In this document: positions 38,920 through 52,119 of the stretch, piece after piece
How the letters are laid out: the number at the start of each line of letters is the position of its first letter
How positions within the stretch are numbered: the stretch's first letter is position 1
Assembly (NCBI GenBank): GCA_052327205.1
Contig: CM126222.1
Coordinates: 47,306,001 to 47,370,000, forward strand
DNA: 64,000 bases
Direction of reading: 5' to 3'
Origin: Somniosus microcephalus
Lineage: Eukaryota
Notes under the pieces: model-generated
Databases searched by the model: none
Told to the model about the DNA's origin: nothing
What the model saw: only the letters and a program-made list of their open reading frames with translations
Program-made: the position numbers and the translations under genes

Positions 38920-39330
38920 TTGATTAAAGGATAGAACAGCTGACTTGATCAGTGCCCCTGCCATTGGGATCAATATCTAACCCTCCGACACTGGCACACT
39001 ATGGCTACAGTATCTACAATCTAGAGATGCACTGCAGCAATTCACCAACATCTCTCTTCCCTGCGACCTCTGCCAATGAGAAGGACAAAAGCAGGAATGT
39101 TGTGGGAGCACCATGACCTCCAAATTCCCCTCTTAAGTTATATACCATCCTGATTTGGACATATATTGCTGTTCTTTCATCGTCACTGGATCCTGGAATT
39201 CCCTACCTAACACCAATGTGGGAATACCATCACCACAAGGACTGCAGTTGTTCAAGAAGGCCCACCATCACCTTCTCACAGCAACTTGGTAAGTGGGTGC
39301 ACCGGCAAACCTACATTTATTGCCCATCTC
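38920..39330 (+). mobile_element. LINE 3' fragment (CR1-group, second family)
   Basis: gatgcactgcagcaattcacc, tcctggaattccctacctaac (SWNSLP) and ttcaagaaggcccaccatcaccttctc are typical of a common shark non-LTR 3' end. Confidence 0.6.
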
Positions 39331-40170
39331 AGGACAAATTTTGAGATATTAATTTTCGTGTTCCCACTGAAACTGTTAGCCAAGGGTTCAGGTATGACTT
39401 GGTTTGTTTTAATTCTCATCATCATCACAAAGAGAGGGGAAATAAATGGAAATTTAAAAAACGAAAATTCACCAAAAAGTATGCAAATTATGAACCTGTT
39501 CATATTTTCCTCAAACTCAAAAGAAATACAGTATTTGCAGCTGGTTGAGTCAACCACATTTTATTACCCGTGACATTAAGACAGTGGCTCATTAAATACT
39601 ACTAGTTTGGAGAGGCCTAGTTATATTCCCATGAGTGATGCGCTGTCTGCTCTGCTTCACATACCCTTTAATATTCTAGTTCTAAAAACATTGAAGACTA
39701 TAACCACCAACATTAAATCAAGGCTCCCCTCCTGATTTCCCTCGTGTTCTTTCTGGAGCAGCACACAATGGGACTTTTCCTGTAAAAAAAAATAGGAATC
39801 CACGTAAAGATAGGGGCGCCATTTTTCTTTTTATAAAGCTAACCTCCCTCACACATCAGTGCACCGGCTTTCTCTCATCATTAACTTTTAGAACTTAATT
39901 TCTCATTGTACAGACCCAGTCCATCTTCCCTCTCCCACGGCAAACACATTTTTCTCCCTTTCTGTAATTTTTGCAAAATATGCCCTGTCTTCAATGTGTT
40001 CCCTCAAAAAGTTCTACAGTTTTCGTTACCCAGTTGCCCGCTGCAGACATGGAGACTAACTTCCCATCTATATACCATGTGTTCCCAATCACATGACTAC
40101 ACTGAATACAGCTCCACCCTTCATTTAAATACATTCCCCCACACACTCAATTCCTGTTCAACAAATTTGA

Positions 40171-40842
40171 GCAGGTACAGCAAGCAATAAGGAAGGCAAA
40201 TGGCATGTTGGCCTTTATTGCAAGGGGGTTGGAGTATAAGAGTAAGGAAGTCTTACTGCAATTGTATAGGGTCTTAGTGAGACCACACCTGGAGTACTGT
40301 GCACAGTTCTGGTCTCCTTATCTAAGGAAGGATATACTTGCCTTGGAGGTGGTGCGACGAAGGTTCACTAGATTGATTCCTGGGATGAGAGGGCTGTCCT
40401 ATGATGAGAGATTGTGTAGAATGGGCCTATACTCTCTGGAGTTTAGAAGAATGAAAGGTAATCTCATTGAAACATACAAGATTCTGAAGGGGATTGACAG
40501 GGTAGATGCTGAGAGGTTGTTTCCCCTGGCTGGAGTGTCTAGAACTAGGGGGCATAGTCTCAGGATAAGGGGTAGGCCATTTAAGACTGAGATGAGGAAG
40601 AATTTCTTCACTCAGAGGGTTGTGAATCTTTGGAATTCTCTGCCCCTGGGGGCTGTGGATGCTGAGTCTTTGAGTATATTCAAGGCTGAGATTGATAGAT
40701 TTTTGGACTCTAGGGGAATCAAGGGATATGGAGATCGGGCGGGAAAGTGGAGTTGAGGTCGATGATCAGCCATAATCTTATTGAATGGTGGAGCAGGCTC
40801 GAGGGGCCGTATGGCCTACTCCTGCTCTTACTTCTTATGTTC
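40171..40842 (+). mobile_element. Young CR1 LINE 3' end
   Basis: Uninterrupted 183-aa ORF 40205-40756 (LEYKSKEVLLQLY...RPHLEYCAQFWSP...VNLWNSLP) plus 3'UTR and tail. Confidence 0.96.
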
Positions 40843-41599
40843 GAAACAGAAAATCAGCATTCTGCAGCCATGGTCTGCATGCTCACACTCATGGGCCAAA
40901 ATCTGCATGTATAGGCCCTCCACGAAGCATGTTCCTGAGTTCTTACCAACTCATGCTTCTACTGTGATTGCTGTACAATGTGAGGAGGAATCTTTGACAT
41001 TGTGGGCAAGAATTACTAATCTCACAACCACAGCAGGAGCATCAGTAGATAGGAACTCACAGTGCTTAGAGGGAGAGGGGAGCAATAGTCTTTAGGGGTG
41101 GGAGACAGGGGAAAAGCTGGGAGCAGCACTTAGTAGATGGGGAGTGAGGAGAAGACAAAGAAAAAAAGAGAGAAGATAGGAGTGGCACTTTTTGGGAGGG
41201 GGAAGCTGTATCTGGTTGGTCTGTTGGAAACCTAAATGTCATTTACATTTCTAATCTTCACAAAAAAGAAATCAATTATGAAGTATAAAAGTCCTTAAAG
41301 TTAACCAGAATGTATTGTTGTTAATCAAAAAATTCAAATTTTCCAGAGGATAATGTTCCCAGATGTCCCCACAAAAGCACTAGCAATTGAAGTGGGAGGA
41401 GTATTTAGAAGAACTGTTACAATTGTAAGTGTGTGGCCTACAGCCCTGACTGTAACAATCCGATGTTCAATAAGACTACACTCGAATCCCATAATTAGCT
41501 ATTACAGCATTGCTTTAAAAAAAAATTTCAACATTTTTCTCTTGGTAGTAGATCATCTGCAGCTACCAGGAAAGGTACATTTTAAGGTATCAGACTTGG

Positions 41600-42110
41600 C
41601 TCTGTGATTGCACATTTGTGACCGAGTGAGAAGGTTGTGGATTCAAGTCCCACTCAGTCCTGAGCACATAATCTAGGCTGACACTTCAATGCAATGCGGA
41701 GGCAGTGTTGCACTGTCAGAGGTGCTGTCTTCCAATGAGACATTAAACTGAGGTCCCAAGTAAATTAATTCCTTGTAACTGGCCACCGTCGGCAGCATTG
41801 GTCAGTCCAGATAAGCTGAGCTTTCAGCCCAACGTACTCCATTTCTGCACAACTAGTACATATGGACCTTCCCCCCATCATTGGCGAAGTCAGAGGCAGC
41901 GTTGGGGCTGTACAACTCGTGGGATTGCAGAGTCAGGGGCCCCGAGCAGATTCAGTTCCTAAACCAAACCTTTACACAGGTCACCACCCCCTCAAGGCAA
42001 ATGGTGCCCCTGATAACAACAGTAACTACAGTTCAAAAGTACTTTATTGATTGTGAAACACTTTGAGACAGCTTGAGGTCGTGAAAGATGCTGTATAAAT
42101 GCAAGTTCTT
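41600..42110 (+). mobile_element. Deu-type SINE head and tail with a divergent middle
   Basis: Head gaaggttgtggattcaagtcccactc...ctaggctgacac. Tail gtgaaacactttgag...gctgtataaatgcaagttc. Confidence 0.6.
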
Positions 42111-42831
42111 AAAATATATTTTTTAATTGCCAACAAATCGTCAGCTGATAGAAAGCGAGGAGTTTTATTACACAATAATGTTTTATAGAGGCCGGCGTAC
42201 ATGCAACCTCCAGAAAAGTCCTGTTCATAAACATGTGGAAAAATTTACTTCCTAAACAATGTTGAGCTATTCTCTGCTTTCTTGTGAGTTTTCAGTCTCT
42301 CTATCTAGCCATCTGCCTATCTAATTGTGCCTTGTTCTGATATGCATCAATTACAGCAATAGAAAAACCTTTGAACAACATACAAGGTAAGTACCATTAT
42401 CCTCTGATCCAGTGTTTCCTGACTCCACTTCAGGCTCCCTAGTTGGGCTCTGGAAATTGTAGTTTTATTGTTTTTCAGCTGAGAAGGAGAAAGGACACCA
42501 TTGCCAAAAAGGCCGAGCATGGTGATTCTCCAGGGATCAAATCAAAGATTCACCATTACATTACCTGCAGCCAAAAAATCTGTTGGAAAGTTTGAAATTC
42601 TTGAAATGCAGAAAGACAAGAAAGCCTTTCGGACCACCATTCCCATGTAATTGAATAACATGTTAATTATACATATCAGCATTGATCGGTTTTCTAATAT
42701 ACATTCTGTTTTCCAGTCAAAGCCCAAGAAAATGCAATGCATTGAATACTGATGTCCACACAGACCAAACCCGGGATTAAAAATAACGGATCGGTCCGGA
42801 CAGATACATGAGGAATAGACAGGTGGATGAG

Positions 42832-43365
42832 ACAGAAACATAGAAGATAGGAGCAGGAGTAGGCCATTCGGCCCCTCGAGCCTGCTCCGCCATTTAATGA
42901 GATCATGGCTGATCATCCAAATTCAGTACCCTGTCCCTGCTTTCTCCCCATATCCCCTGATCCCTTTAGCCTTAAGAAATATATCCAACTCCTTCTTGAA
43001 TATATTTAATGAATTGGCCTCAACTGCCTTCTGTGGTAGAGAATTCCACAGGTTCACCGCTCTCTGGGTGAAGAAATTCCTCCTCATCTCTGTCCTAAAT
43101 GGCCTACCCCTTATCCTTAGACTGTGACCCCTGGTTCTGGACTCCCCCGCCATCGGGAACATCCTTCCTGCATCTAGTCTGTCTAGTCCTGTTAGAATTT
43201 TATACGTTTCAATGAGATCCCCTCTCATTCTTCTAAACTCCAGCGAGTATAAGCCCAATTGACCCAATCTCTCCTCATACGTCATTCCTGCCTTCCCAGG
43301 TATCAGTCTGGTGAATCTTCGCTGCACTCCCTCCATGGCAAGAACATCCTTCCTCAGATAAGGCA
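42832..43365 (-). mobile_element. CR1 LINE 3' end
   Basis: ORF 42923-43381 (PYLRKDVLAMEGVQRRFTRLIPG...NLWNSLPQK) plus 3'UTR. Confidence 0.95.
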
Positions 43366-45869
43366 ACCATAGGGCTGCCACTGCCTGTGATGCTATCCCT
43401 CAGCAAGAGTTAGCACGCTCAGGAGAGATAACTGGGATGAAACCGAAGGATGTTAGCTTGCAGAGAGGTCTGTAAAATTTTGCAAAGATCTGTGAAGCTA
43501 TTTTCAAGAGGTTTGCTTCTATCATTTTATCACAGATGGGCCGCCAGATGTGCAGACAGACAGGGCCACCACTAGAACTGCTTTTTCATAGAAGCTGTAT
43601 ATGTGACTGGTGCCTTCTAAGAATTAATCTACTTAGGAAGCACTTAAGCACTGTATGCAAAGCTGCTAATATATTGGGCTAGGCTTGCATGTATTGATTC
43701 TGTTACATATTCAATACATTGAAAACTTTTTGTTCCTTACCTTTAAAGCAAGTACTTAAAAACAGCCTTGGCCAGCGTTGAATTACACAATGAACAGTTC
43801 ACAAAGAGGCAGAGCACAGTACAAAGTTTTACATTTAATTCTTTAGCAAAGTCTCCTTTTAAAAATAAAACCTGTTTCTTGGTACTAATAACTCTTCAGT
43901 CCCGAGTCTCCCATTAACCACAGCCGCTGTAAAACCACATAACTCTATTGAAACATTAACAAGAAGGATTACCTCCACTGCCATGTATGATGAATAGCTA
44001 CTAATGAGTTCCTGCTGTGCAACTGGTCACTTCAATAATATGAAGAGCATCTTCCATCAATAGCTGACATGCAGCAAAATAGCTTTATTCATCCTCTGTA
44101 GCCAACAGATTTGGTTCAAGCACGTTTTGCACATTGCATTTTAATTAAGTCAGACAAATTAATTTGAGGCAATAAGAATTTGTTTAGACTGTTGCATTTT
44201 CATTCACCTTCACGTTACAGTTCTCCAAAGACAACAACATGGATGACTGGCCTGCTGAAAACCCTATTTGCAGAGTCAGGTTAATTTGATATGAAGGACA
44301 CTTTATACAATCTAGGCAAACTATTCAAAATCCCTTAGCCAACAACAGGACAAAGAATCCTTCTACTAATTTTATGATACCAGGCACAGGTTATTCAATC
44401 TGGAGTACTGGGTGACTACACGAATCAAAGGTAATTAATGTAGTTCAGGTGTATTGTTGCACCTTTCCATGTCTGCAGGAGATGCTACAGATTTATCTAC
44501 TTACACCTCCTTATATTTCAAGTTCTTGACCTTGGGACAGTTAGACTAACATTTACAGTAACTTCAGATATAGTTTGAAATACAGAATCAAAAATAAAAC
44601 ATTTAAATCTGAAGATGTATTATCTATTTATATTATAAAAAAAGTGTCCATTTATTGTCTGTTTTGCGTGATGTCTTGTTCCGTACTAACCACATGACTG
44701 TTCATAAAAATCAGTTGCCTTAAAGCAGACCGTCTTTCCAGCACTGATCAACAGTTCTCCTGATTTCATTTTTCCACGTCTTTTGTACAGCCAAAACCAC
44801 AATCACAATCAGCAACATGCCAGTCCAGGATTCGGAGCAGGAGCAGTAGGCTCAGATCTGGAGCAATCATAAGTGCCTGTAATGATAAGGGTGGATTGCA
44901 AGTACCAGCACGCAGAGCCGGGCCTGCATTGGGCAACAAGTAGAAAGCGAAGTTAGACCTGGATTGAGCAGGGAGGGGAATCTCTTACCAGTGTACATTG
45001 CAGCAGTTCTCTGATGTGCCAATACAAGCTGGGGTTGTGGCTCTAGATCCAGTGCAACAGCAACAGGACGACCCTCCAGTACAGGGTAGAGGGGCATCCC
45101 AACCCTTTGCACCAGACCTCTGCATATTCCTGGCCTAAGCCACCTATCTAATCTCCCACTCCCTTGTTCATACCGAATGAGGGATGATATCATTACAGAG
45201 GGTTGGACAGCTCAGTCGAGTTCCAATATTTGCTGAGACAAAAAGACAAAAGAGAGAAGACCATACAAAAATTGTGTGTGAGACACAGAGAGGGAAGGAG
45301 GAGCTTGCAAAAGGAGTGAGAAGAGAGAGTTGGAGAGATAAAGATGTAGCACGAGTGAAAGCCAGAGAGACAGGCACTACTAAAACAAAAAGGAAGACAA
45401 GCAGAGAGCCTGTTACAGAAAAATAGAGATACGTTGTTTTTACTTTTGTCGATGAGCAACACCGTTGGCAGTCAATTAGTGTATATTACATGGAAAAGAT
45501 GATTGAGTTACAATAGTTTGTGAGGAAAGCAGATTACTACAAAAATCGCTATGTGCAGTATATTAACAGTTAACAGGCAAAGTGCATGAAGATAATAAAG
45601 GGCAAGTAACACTGGTTGGAAGAAGATATCGGTGTGAATAATAACCTTACACAAACAAAAAGTGGAGGACAGGATCTTTCATAATTAGAGTCACTAACAA
45701 ATTGTAAAACCTATTTAAAAGCACAAAACAAAGCTACTGATAAGATAGCTCGGCAGACGGAAAATACACCAAGGTTGCTACCAATGCGATACTGTTTACC
45801 CTGTGAAAAAACACCCATCAAGAGGGGTTTTGTACAGAATAATCTTCTTTTCTTTTATGGCTATAATAA

Positions 45870-46070
45870 AATTAAAAATATTATTTATACTCTTAATTTC
45901 AGAAAAAGACCCTAAATTTGATTAACATTGCACGGAGCCATTAGGTTTTTGGACGCTGAGTATTAGGGTGCCATTATACCACAGGCACCAGTGTCAGTTA
46001 CACTGCTGACTGCACCTCACACTGTGCTCAGCAAGGAGAGAGCTCTCCAAGTACATGCCTTTACACATCA
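45870..46070 (+). repeat. Left arm of an inverted repeat pair (partner 49875-50045)
   Basis: ctgactgcacctcacactgtgctcagcaaggagagagctc and aacattgcacggagc...ggtttttgga occur reverse-complemented at 49890-49995. Confidence 0.85.
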
Positions 46071-46080
46071 GCAGAACTCC

Positions 46081-46790
46081 CTCTCTCTCTCTTAGGCAGT
46101 CCCTCGGGACCGAGGATGACTTGCTTCCACATTAAAAATGAGTTCTCAGGTGACTGATGAGTCCAATGTGGGACCTACTGTCTCTGTCACAGGTGGGGCA
46201 GACGGTGGTTGAAGGGGCGGGTGGGTGGGGTGCTTGGGCTGACTTGCGCTTGCTCCCGGCGAAGAGACTCAAGGTGTTCGGCACCTTCCCGGATGCTTCT
46301 CCTCCACTTTGTGTGGTCTTGGGCCAGGGATTCCCAGGTGTCAGCGGGGACGTTGCACTTTTTCAAGGAGGCTTTGAGGGTGTCCTTAAAGCGTTTCCTC
46401 TGCCCACCTGGGGCTCTCTTGCCGTGTCGGAGCTCCGAGTAGAGCGCTTGTTTTGGGAGTCTCGTATCGGGCATGTGGACGGTGTGACCCGTCCATCGGA
46501 GCTGATCGAGCGTGGTCAAAGCTTCGATGCTGGGGATGTTGGCCTGAGCGAGAACACTGACATTGGTGTGCCTATCCTGCCAATGGATTTGCTGGATCTT
46601 GCGGAGGCAGCGTTGGTGGTACCTCTCCAGTGCTTTGAGGTGCCTGCTGTACATGGTCCATGTCTCTGAGGCATACAGCAGGGCGGGTATCACTGCTGCT
46701 CTGTAGACCATGAGTTTAGTGCCGGGTTTGAGGTCCTGGTCTTCAAACACTCTCTTCCTCAGGCGACCGAAGGCTGCACTGGCACACACT
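46081..46790 (-). mobile_element. RTE-clade LINE 3' fragment (~700 bp)
   Basis: ORF 46187-46789: ASAAFGRLRKRVF...LLYASETWT...LRWTGH..MPDTRLPKQALYSEL..G.R..GGQRKRFKD. GA-repeat tail. Confidence 0.95.
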
Positions 46791-47109
46791 CTCTAGGCAA
46801 CAGCCATCGTTCCATCACCCATGCCGTACAGAAACATCTAAACTAAACGTACATTCCCTAGCAACCACTAACCAAATACTGCAACACTTCTTGTATTCAT
46901 TGTCACAACTAAAACAGATTTTTTTTTACATTGCTTTGAGAAGATGAAACTACCTGGTACCTCATCCTAATTTACAATACGTTGGCCTTAAATTTCTGAC
47001 CCATCTAGGGTAGAAAATTGACTAGTAGTATTGTATTTCTGTTTATACTCATGGTAAATGAAGGTGTGTATATTGAAACGATTTTCCCATAAAAACTCAT
47101 GACTAATTT

Positions 47110-47228
47110 CGGCCCTAATTTCTTATGTGGCTTGGTGTCAATTATTTGTCTTATAACACTCCTGTGAAGCGCCTTGGGACATTTTACTACGTTAAAGGTG
47201 CTATATAAATGCAAGCTGTTGTTGTTTT
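47110..47228 (+). mobile_element. L2-type 3' tail fragment
   Basis: ctcctgtgaagcgccttgggacattttactacgttaaaggtgctatataaatgcaagctgttgttg. Confidence 0.75.
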
Positions 47229-49874
47229 TGTATGCCACTTATGAGTTATTCAGTTGCACCAACTTGCTGGATCTGGTATCGCATCCTAGTGTTCGATCTG
47301 CTTTTACAATTTTTTTAAAAATACGTCAAAATATAAGTTAAACAACTAGTGGCTTATTTTATTCAATTTAGACAGACATAATCATCAGCCTTCTAGCATC
47401 TGTCTCTGTATGTTGTGTGCACAAAATCAATTGCCTCAGTCCGTCCACCTGGACATTGCCAGCCCTGTTGGTGAAGTGAGAGCATTCTTCCATTTTCAGT
47501 TAGTTTTAATGGGAAAATCATTTCAATATACACACAGACTAAACCTTCATTTGCCAGGCATTCTGCTGTAGAGTTGCAATATTGACAATCCTATCAGTTT
47601 GTGCCCAAAACATACTATTCCTTTAAGTTCTGGATCACATGTCCCACAATACTGTTCACTACCAAAAACATGGGTCAGGATTGGATTCAACATATTACTG
47701 CAGTAAATATGTTATTGCTGTTAATTAATAAATCTACTTCTCCTAGTGTGTTTATTTCCTAACTGAACAAGCCAGAAGGTTTTCCAACAATTATTATATT
47801 CTTACGTATTCCATTTAAAATTCCAACCATTTGGAGTCAAACTTCCATACCGCATTGAACCACTGTGGCACCTACTGGTAAAATGCTGAATTGGAACCAT
47901 AGCACAGTGATAGGGAGGATAAGAAAACTGGCAGGTGTATCCTATAAATCATAATGAAAGGTAGAGCTCGTTTAAGTGTGAAATGTTAAAAGAAAAACCT
48001 CTTCCACAATGACATTCATCAAATCTATAAACTTGATAAAATGCCAGTGCAGTGCACACTCTGTAACATATTAACATAAATGTACATCATTCACCACTCT
48101 TTCATGATTCTGCAGAAATCACTTACCACTGCACTAGAGTCAACTGCTTTTTACAAAAGAGCTTCATCAAAAATTAACATGAACAGACCAAACCATATCT
48201 GTTGTAATGGAAAATTTCTAAAACTGCTAGCCACTGAATATCTCTGGATAGCAAGTTGCTTGCTTTCTAGGTATCTCACAAGGTTAAGATGCTATAAACA
48301 GTTCAGTAAAGGCAAAGGGACTGACTGATTATCTGGTTCTTCATTTCTATCTCTCAACCAGTATCCAACTCAGTGCAAAATACTCATGAGGCACCGCATC
48401 ACTATGTTCTTAAACAGACATTGCGAATTACTTCAGTTTGCATTTTTGTAGTAAGGACTTGTTGCTACAATACTCTGGTGTGTACTTATATTATACAAGT
48501 GCCAGTAATATGTTTCAGCAACAACCAAAATAATCAGCCGATGAGATACTTTTGAAATCTGGTATAATAGAAGATGGGAAAATGTTATTTGATAATAAAT
48601 TTGAAGTCACTAAGAACTAGCAAAAAATGTAACTATAGAAATGAAAATGTTGTCACTGACATGTGCTGTCAACATGTCTTGTTAATGCAGAACCTGCAGA
48701 ATGTGAGGCCCATCGAACAAGCCCGTGTGTGGTTTAATCCACTTGGTTTGTTTTTGTTACATTTTCTACCAGCACAGGTTACTCAACATCCTCCAACAAC
48801 TGCGAGGGTGGGACACTGCCATTTGTTGTCTACTGACCAATCACTGTCAATGCCACTCAACCTTTTTTTGTTTATGAATATTTGAGCAGAGATGAACAGG
48901 ACAATTTCAGGCTTTGTTCAGAGCTATGACTATACATCTCGCCCTATGGCCTCCATAATTGATGTTACTTCACTATATCCTCCCAACTCACACAACTTAT
49001 TCAGTCTACCCCACTTGTTAATCACTATGTGAAATAAACACGTTTTTCCAACTATCTTTCAGTTATTACACTCCTACTCTTCCAAAACCACTTTGCTTTG
49101 CTTGCTTTCCCAGTTTTCAAAGGCCCCCGAAAAATCCATCTCTTCAACCATGTCTTTGGTTTCCTCCTACCCACCATCAAATTCTTTTATTTCCTGCTCA
49201 GTGTTTTACTTGCCTCTCTTGTAAAGCAATGTTCTTTGTGAGAAGTGTTCTACAAATGTAAGTAATTATCTGGTGTGTTTTGAGTACTCTAGAAGAAAAA
49301 GGGAAATATGAATGAAGACATACAAACTTTACTTTAAATGACTACCAGTTTGAAAAGATAACCATTTCAAACGGTTGCTTTTTATGAACAGGTTTGAAAC
49401 TTAATTTCTAGCCGTTCCTCACCACCATCCTTTTTAAGTGCACTGAATGTGAGGTTTCAAATAAAACTTCATTTTAGAATGATTATTGGGACTTCAATAA
49501 CACAAACATGTGATGGGAAGCACAACCATTAACCATGGTCATTAACTGCCATGCATTAATGCAAAAGTAGCAGTATAACTTTCTGATCCACCACCCTAAT
49601 GTGCTGAAGTGAGATGAGAGACCACTTCTACTCCTGCTCAGGCTTCAGTGTGTGCAATACAACTGCAGCCTGGTGAAAGGCCATGTTTTAAAAGTGCTCA
49701 GGTGGTCCACTGGACCTTCTGAACAGTTTAAAAAAAAAAAATTTGAAATATGCATGTATTCTGTATGAAACCGTGTTCTAAAATAAAATTGCCAATAAAA
49801 TTATTTTAGTGTCAAGATCAAACTGATGTTCCCGCTTTTGCCCTCTGAACATTAAAAATTAACTGCGGAGCTTT

Positions 49875-50045
49875 GGTTATGTGGGAAAACATGTACGTGG
49901 GGAGCTCTCTCCTTGCTGAGCACTGTGTGAGGTGCAGTCAGAAGTGTCACTCAAATAATACTCAGAAGCATCCAAAAACCGCTCCGTGCAATGTTCAAAG
50001 AAGTTTAGGGTATTTTTCGAAATCAAAAAAGTAAATTATATTTAA
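49875..50045 (-). repeat. Right arm of the inverted repeat pair (partner 45870-46070)
   Basis: gagctctctccttgctgagcactgtgtgaggtgcagtcag...tccaaaaaccgctccgtgcaatgtt...tttagggt. Confidence 0.85.
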
Positions 50046-50146
50046 CATTTGACCAGACCATCATCATTTGGGGTTCATTTTTAAAATTAGGAGTTATTGC
50101 TGGCTCTCAACATTAGCCATACAGAATAAAGCTACTTCCAAGCAGA

Positions 50147-50690
50147 TAGAAACAGAGAAACATAGAAAAATAGGAAACATAGAAAAATAGGAGCAGGAGT
50201 CGGCCATTCGGCCCTTCGAGCCTGCTCCGCCATTCAATATGATCATGGCTGATCCTCTATCTCAATACCATATTCCCACTCTCTCCCCATACCCCTTGAC
50301 GCCTTTTGCATCTAGAAATCTATCTATCTCCTTCTTAAATATATTCAGTGACTTGGCCTCCATAGCCTTCTGTGGTAGAGAATTCCACAGGTTCACCACC
50401 CTCTGAGTGAAGACATTTCTCATCACAGTCCTAAATGTCCTACCCCGTATCCTGAGACTGTGACCCCTCATTCTAGAGCCCCCAGGCAGGGGAAACATGC
50501 TCCCTGCATCCAGTCTGTCTAGCCCTGTCAGAATTTTATATGTTGCAATGAGATCCCCTCTCATTCTTCTAAACTCTAGTGAATACAGGCCTAGTCGACC
50601 CAATCTCTCCTCATACGACAGTCCTGCCATCCCAGGAATCAGTCTGGTGAACCATCGCTGCACTCCCTCTATGGCAAGTATATCCTTTCT
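50147..50690 (-). mobile_element. CR1 LINE 3' end
   Basis: ORF 50262-50663 is the CR1 C-terminus. gaaacata-type tail repeats. Confidence 0.95.
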
Positions 50691-50849
50691 TGTTCATAAA
50701 ACTCCCAGTAAACGTTAACCTGGTAAAGCCACATCATAAAAGTTTGATCATTTCTGTCGCAAAGCACTATTTCCATTTTCAAATGTAAATGTAAGACTGT
50801 AACTGCAAGAACAATACAAATAAAAACAAATTCACAGCTCCCCCAATGA

Positions 50850-51205
50850 CTTAGTAGCTAAATGTTCAAAGTGATACTAAGTCATGCAAGAGCTTCAGTT
50901 CCTGATCAGTGCTGAGCCAGCTGGTCTCAGCCAAAGTAGCTACAATTGGCCTCAAAATCCCATGGCTGGCAAAAGAAAAAAAATCAGCCTGGTTTCTAGC
51001 CAGAAGCCCATGCTGGAAAGTACATATTTGTGAACATCAATTGAGAATGAAATTGGGCTCGGCAGTGATGCCCTCAATGGTTGAACAGCCTGCTGATACT
51101 GTATAGATTCGCACATGAAAATGGCCGCTGAGGTGAGCTACCAAAAACTGCCGACACCTGTGAAATCACACCACAAACAAAAGTCAGCACTTTCAGGAGA
51201 AAGGA
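50850..51205 (+). mobile_element. Ancient SINE (AmnSINE2-like family)
   Basis: gtgctgagccagctggtctcagcc...ctacaattggcctca...aaatcagcc...gctggaaag; homologous to the reverse complement of 17000-17350. Confidence 0.65.
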
Positions 51206-52119
51206 AAACTGAGGGGGGGGGGGGGGGGGGAACAAATTCACAGACTTATGTATGTTTTAAAACATTAATGATACCTTCTTAAATTTAAAGAACCAAACCA
51301 ACTTCACGTTTGAGAACAAACATAAACTGCAGAAACTTTACGATTATGTTACATGACATCATCTGAGCCTCGATTACTGCCTTGTAATTCACGGAGAAGT
51401 AGCCATTATCCTCTGTACAATGTCTCTATAGACAGTGAATAGAGACCTGACAGATTCCATAATCTGCTAAATCTGCCCCAGCTTCTTGTCCTAACAGGAA
51501 TCTCAGCTGGAGCTCTTGACCATCAATCACGGGTTTTCAACAGGTCACAAAAAACTCTTGACAAGCTATTGTTAGCAACAGCTGCAATGGATGTACGACA
51601 GATGATCTATCTATATTTAAAAATGTCCTTAACTGCACAAAAAGAGCTATAAAAAAAACATGTTTTTAAAATATGTTCTCCAAATAATCTTTACAAGCTA
51701 CTGCAGCAGTCAAGTTCCATAGACATTTCAAATCAACTTCTATGGTCACGGACGCCTTTATAGTCCTCACAAAAGCACAGCATTTATGCAAAAAATGTTT
51801 TTAAATGGTATTGAATTCTGTGATGCTAGATTTGAATTTAAATTTTATCAATACACATAGAAGTTAGTTTAACATTGTCTCAAAATTGTATTCTTATAAC
51901 TTTCACACTGGTACTTCAAACCAAACAAACTTCCCTATAATTTTGCACCATTGCTATCAAAATCATTTAGCAATTTTGGTTATACATGCATTTAAAATCA
52001 CATTGGGGCAAAAAGTTAGGTAATCACTCCTATTGAGACAAATGAATATTTTGGACAATTATCTGTTTGAGTTAGTGGCTTCCCAATATATCCTTTAAGC
52101 TTAAAGCCTTAATTTTTCT

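Noticed and set aside
48127-48198. 72-nt minus-strand coding exon (ttacaacag acceptor, GTG|gtaagt donor)
   Set aside because: Stop codons in all three frames; at most a non-coding exon, with no other support.
51213-51230. Poly-G/poly-C runs (also ~28100-28115, ~28614-28640, ~30100) as functional G-quadruplexes
   Set aside because: Simple homopolymers within or at the ends of repeats; common and possibly length-inaccurate in the assembly.
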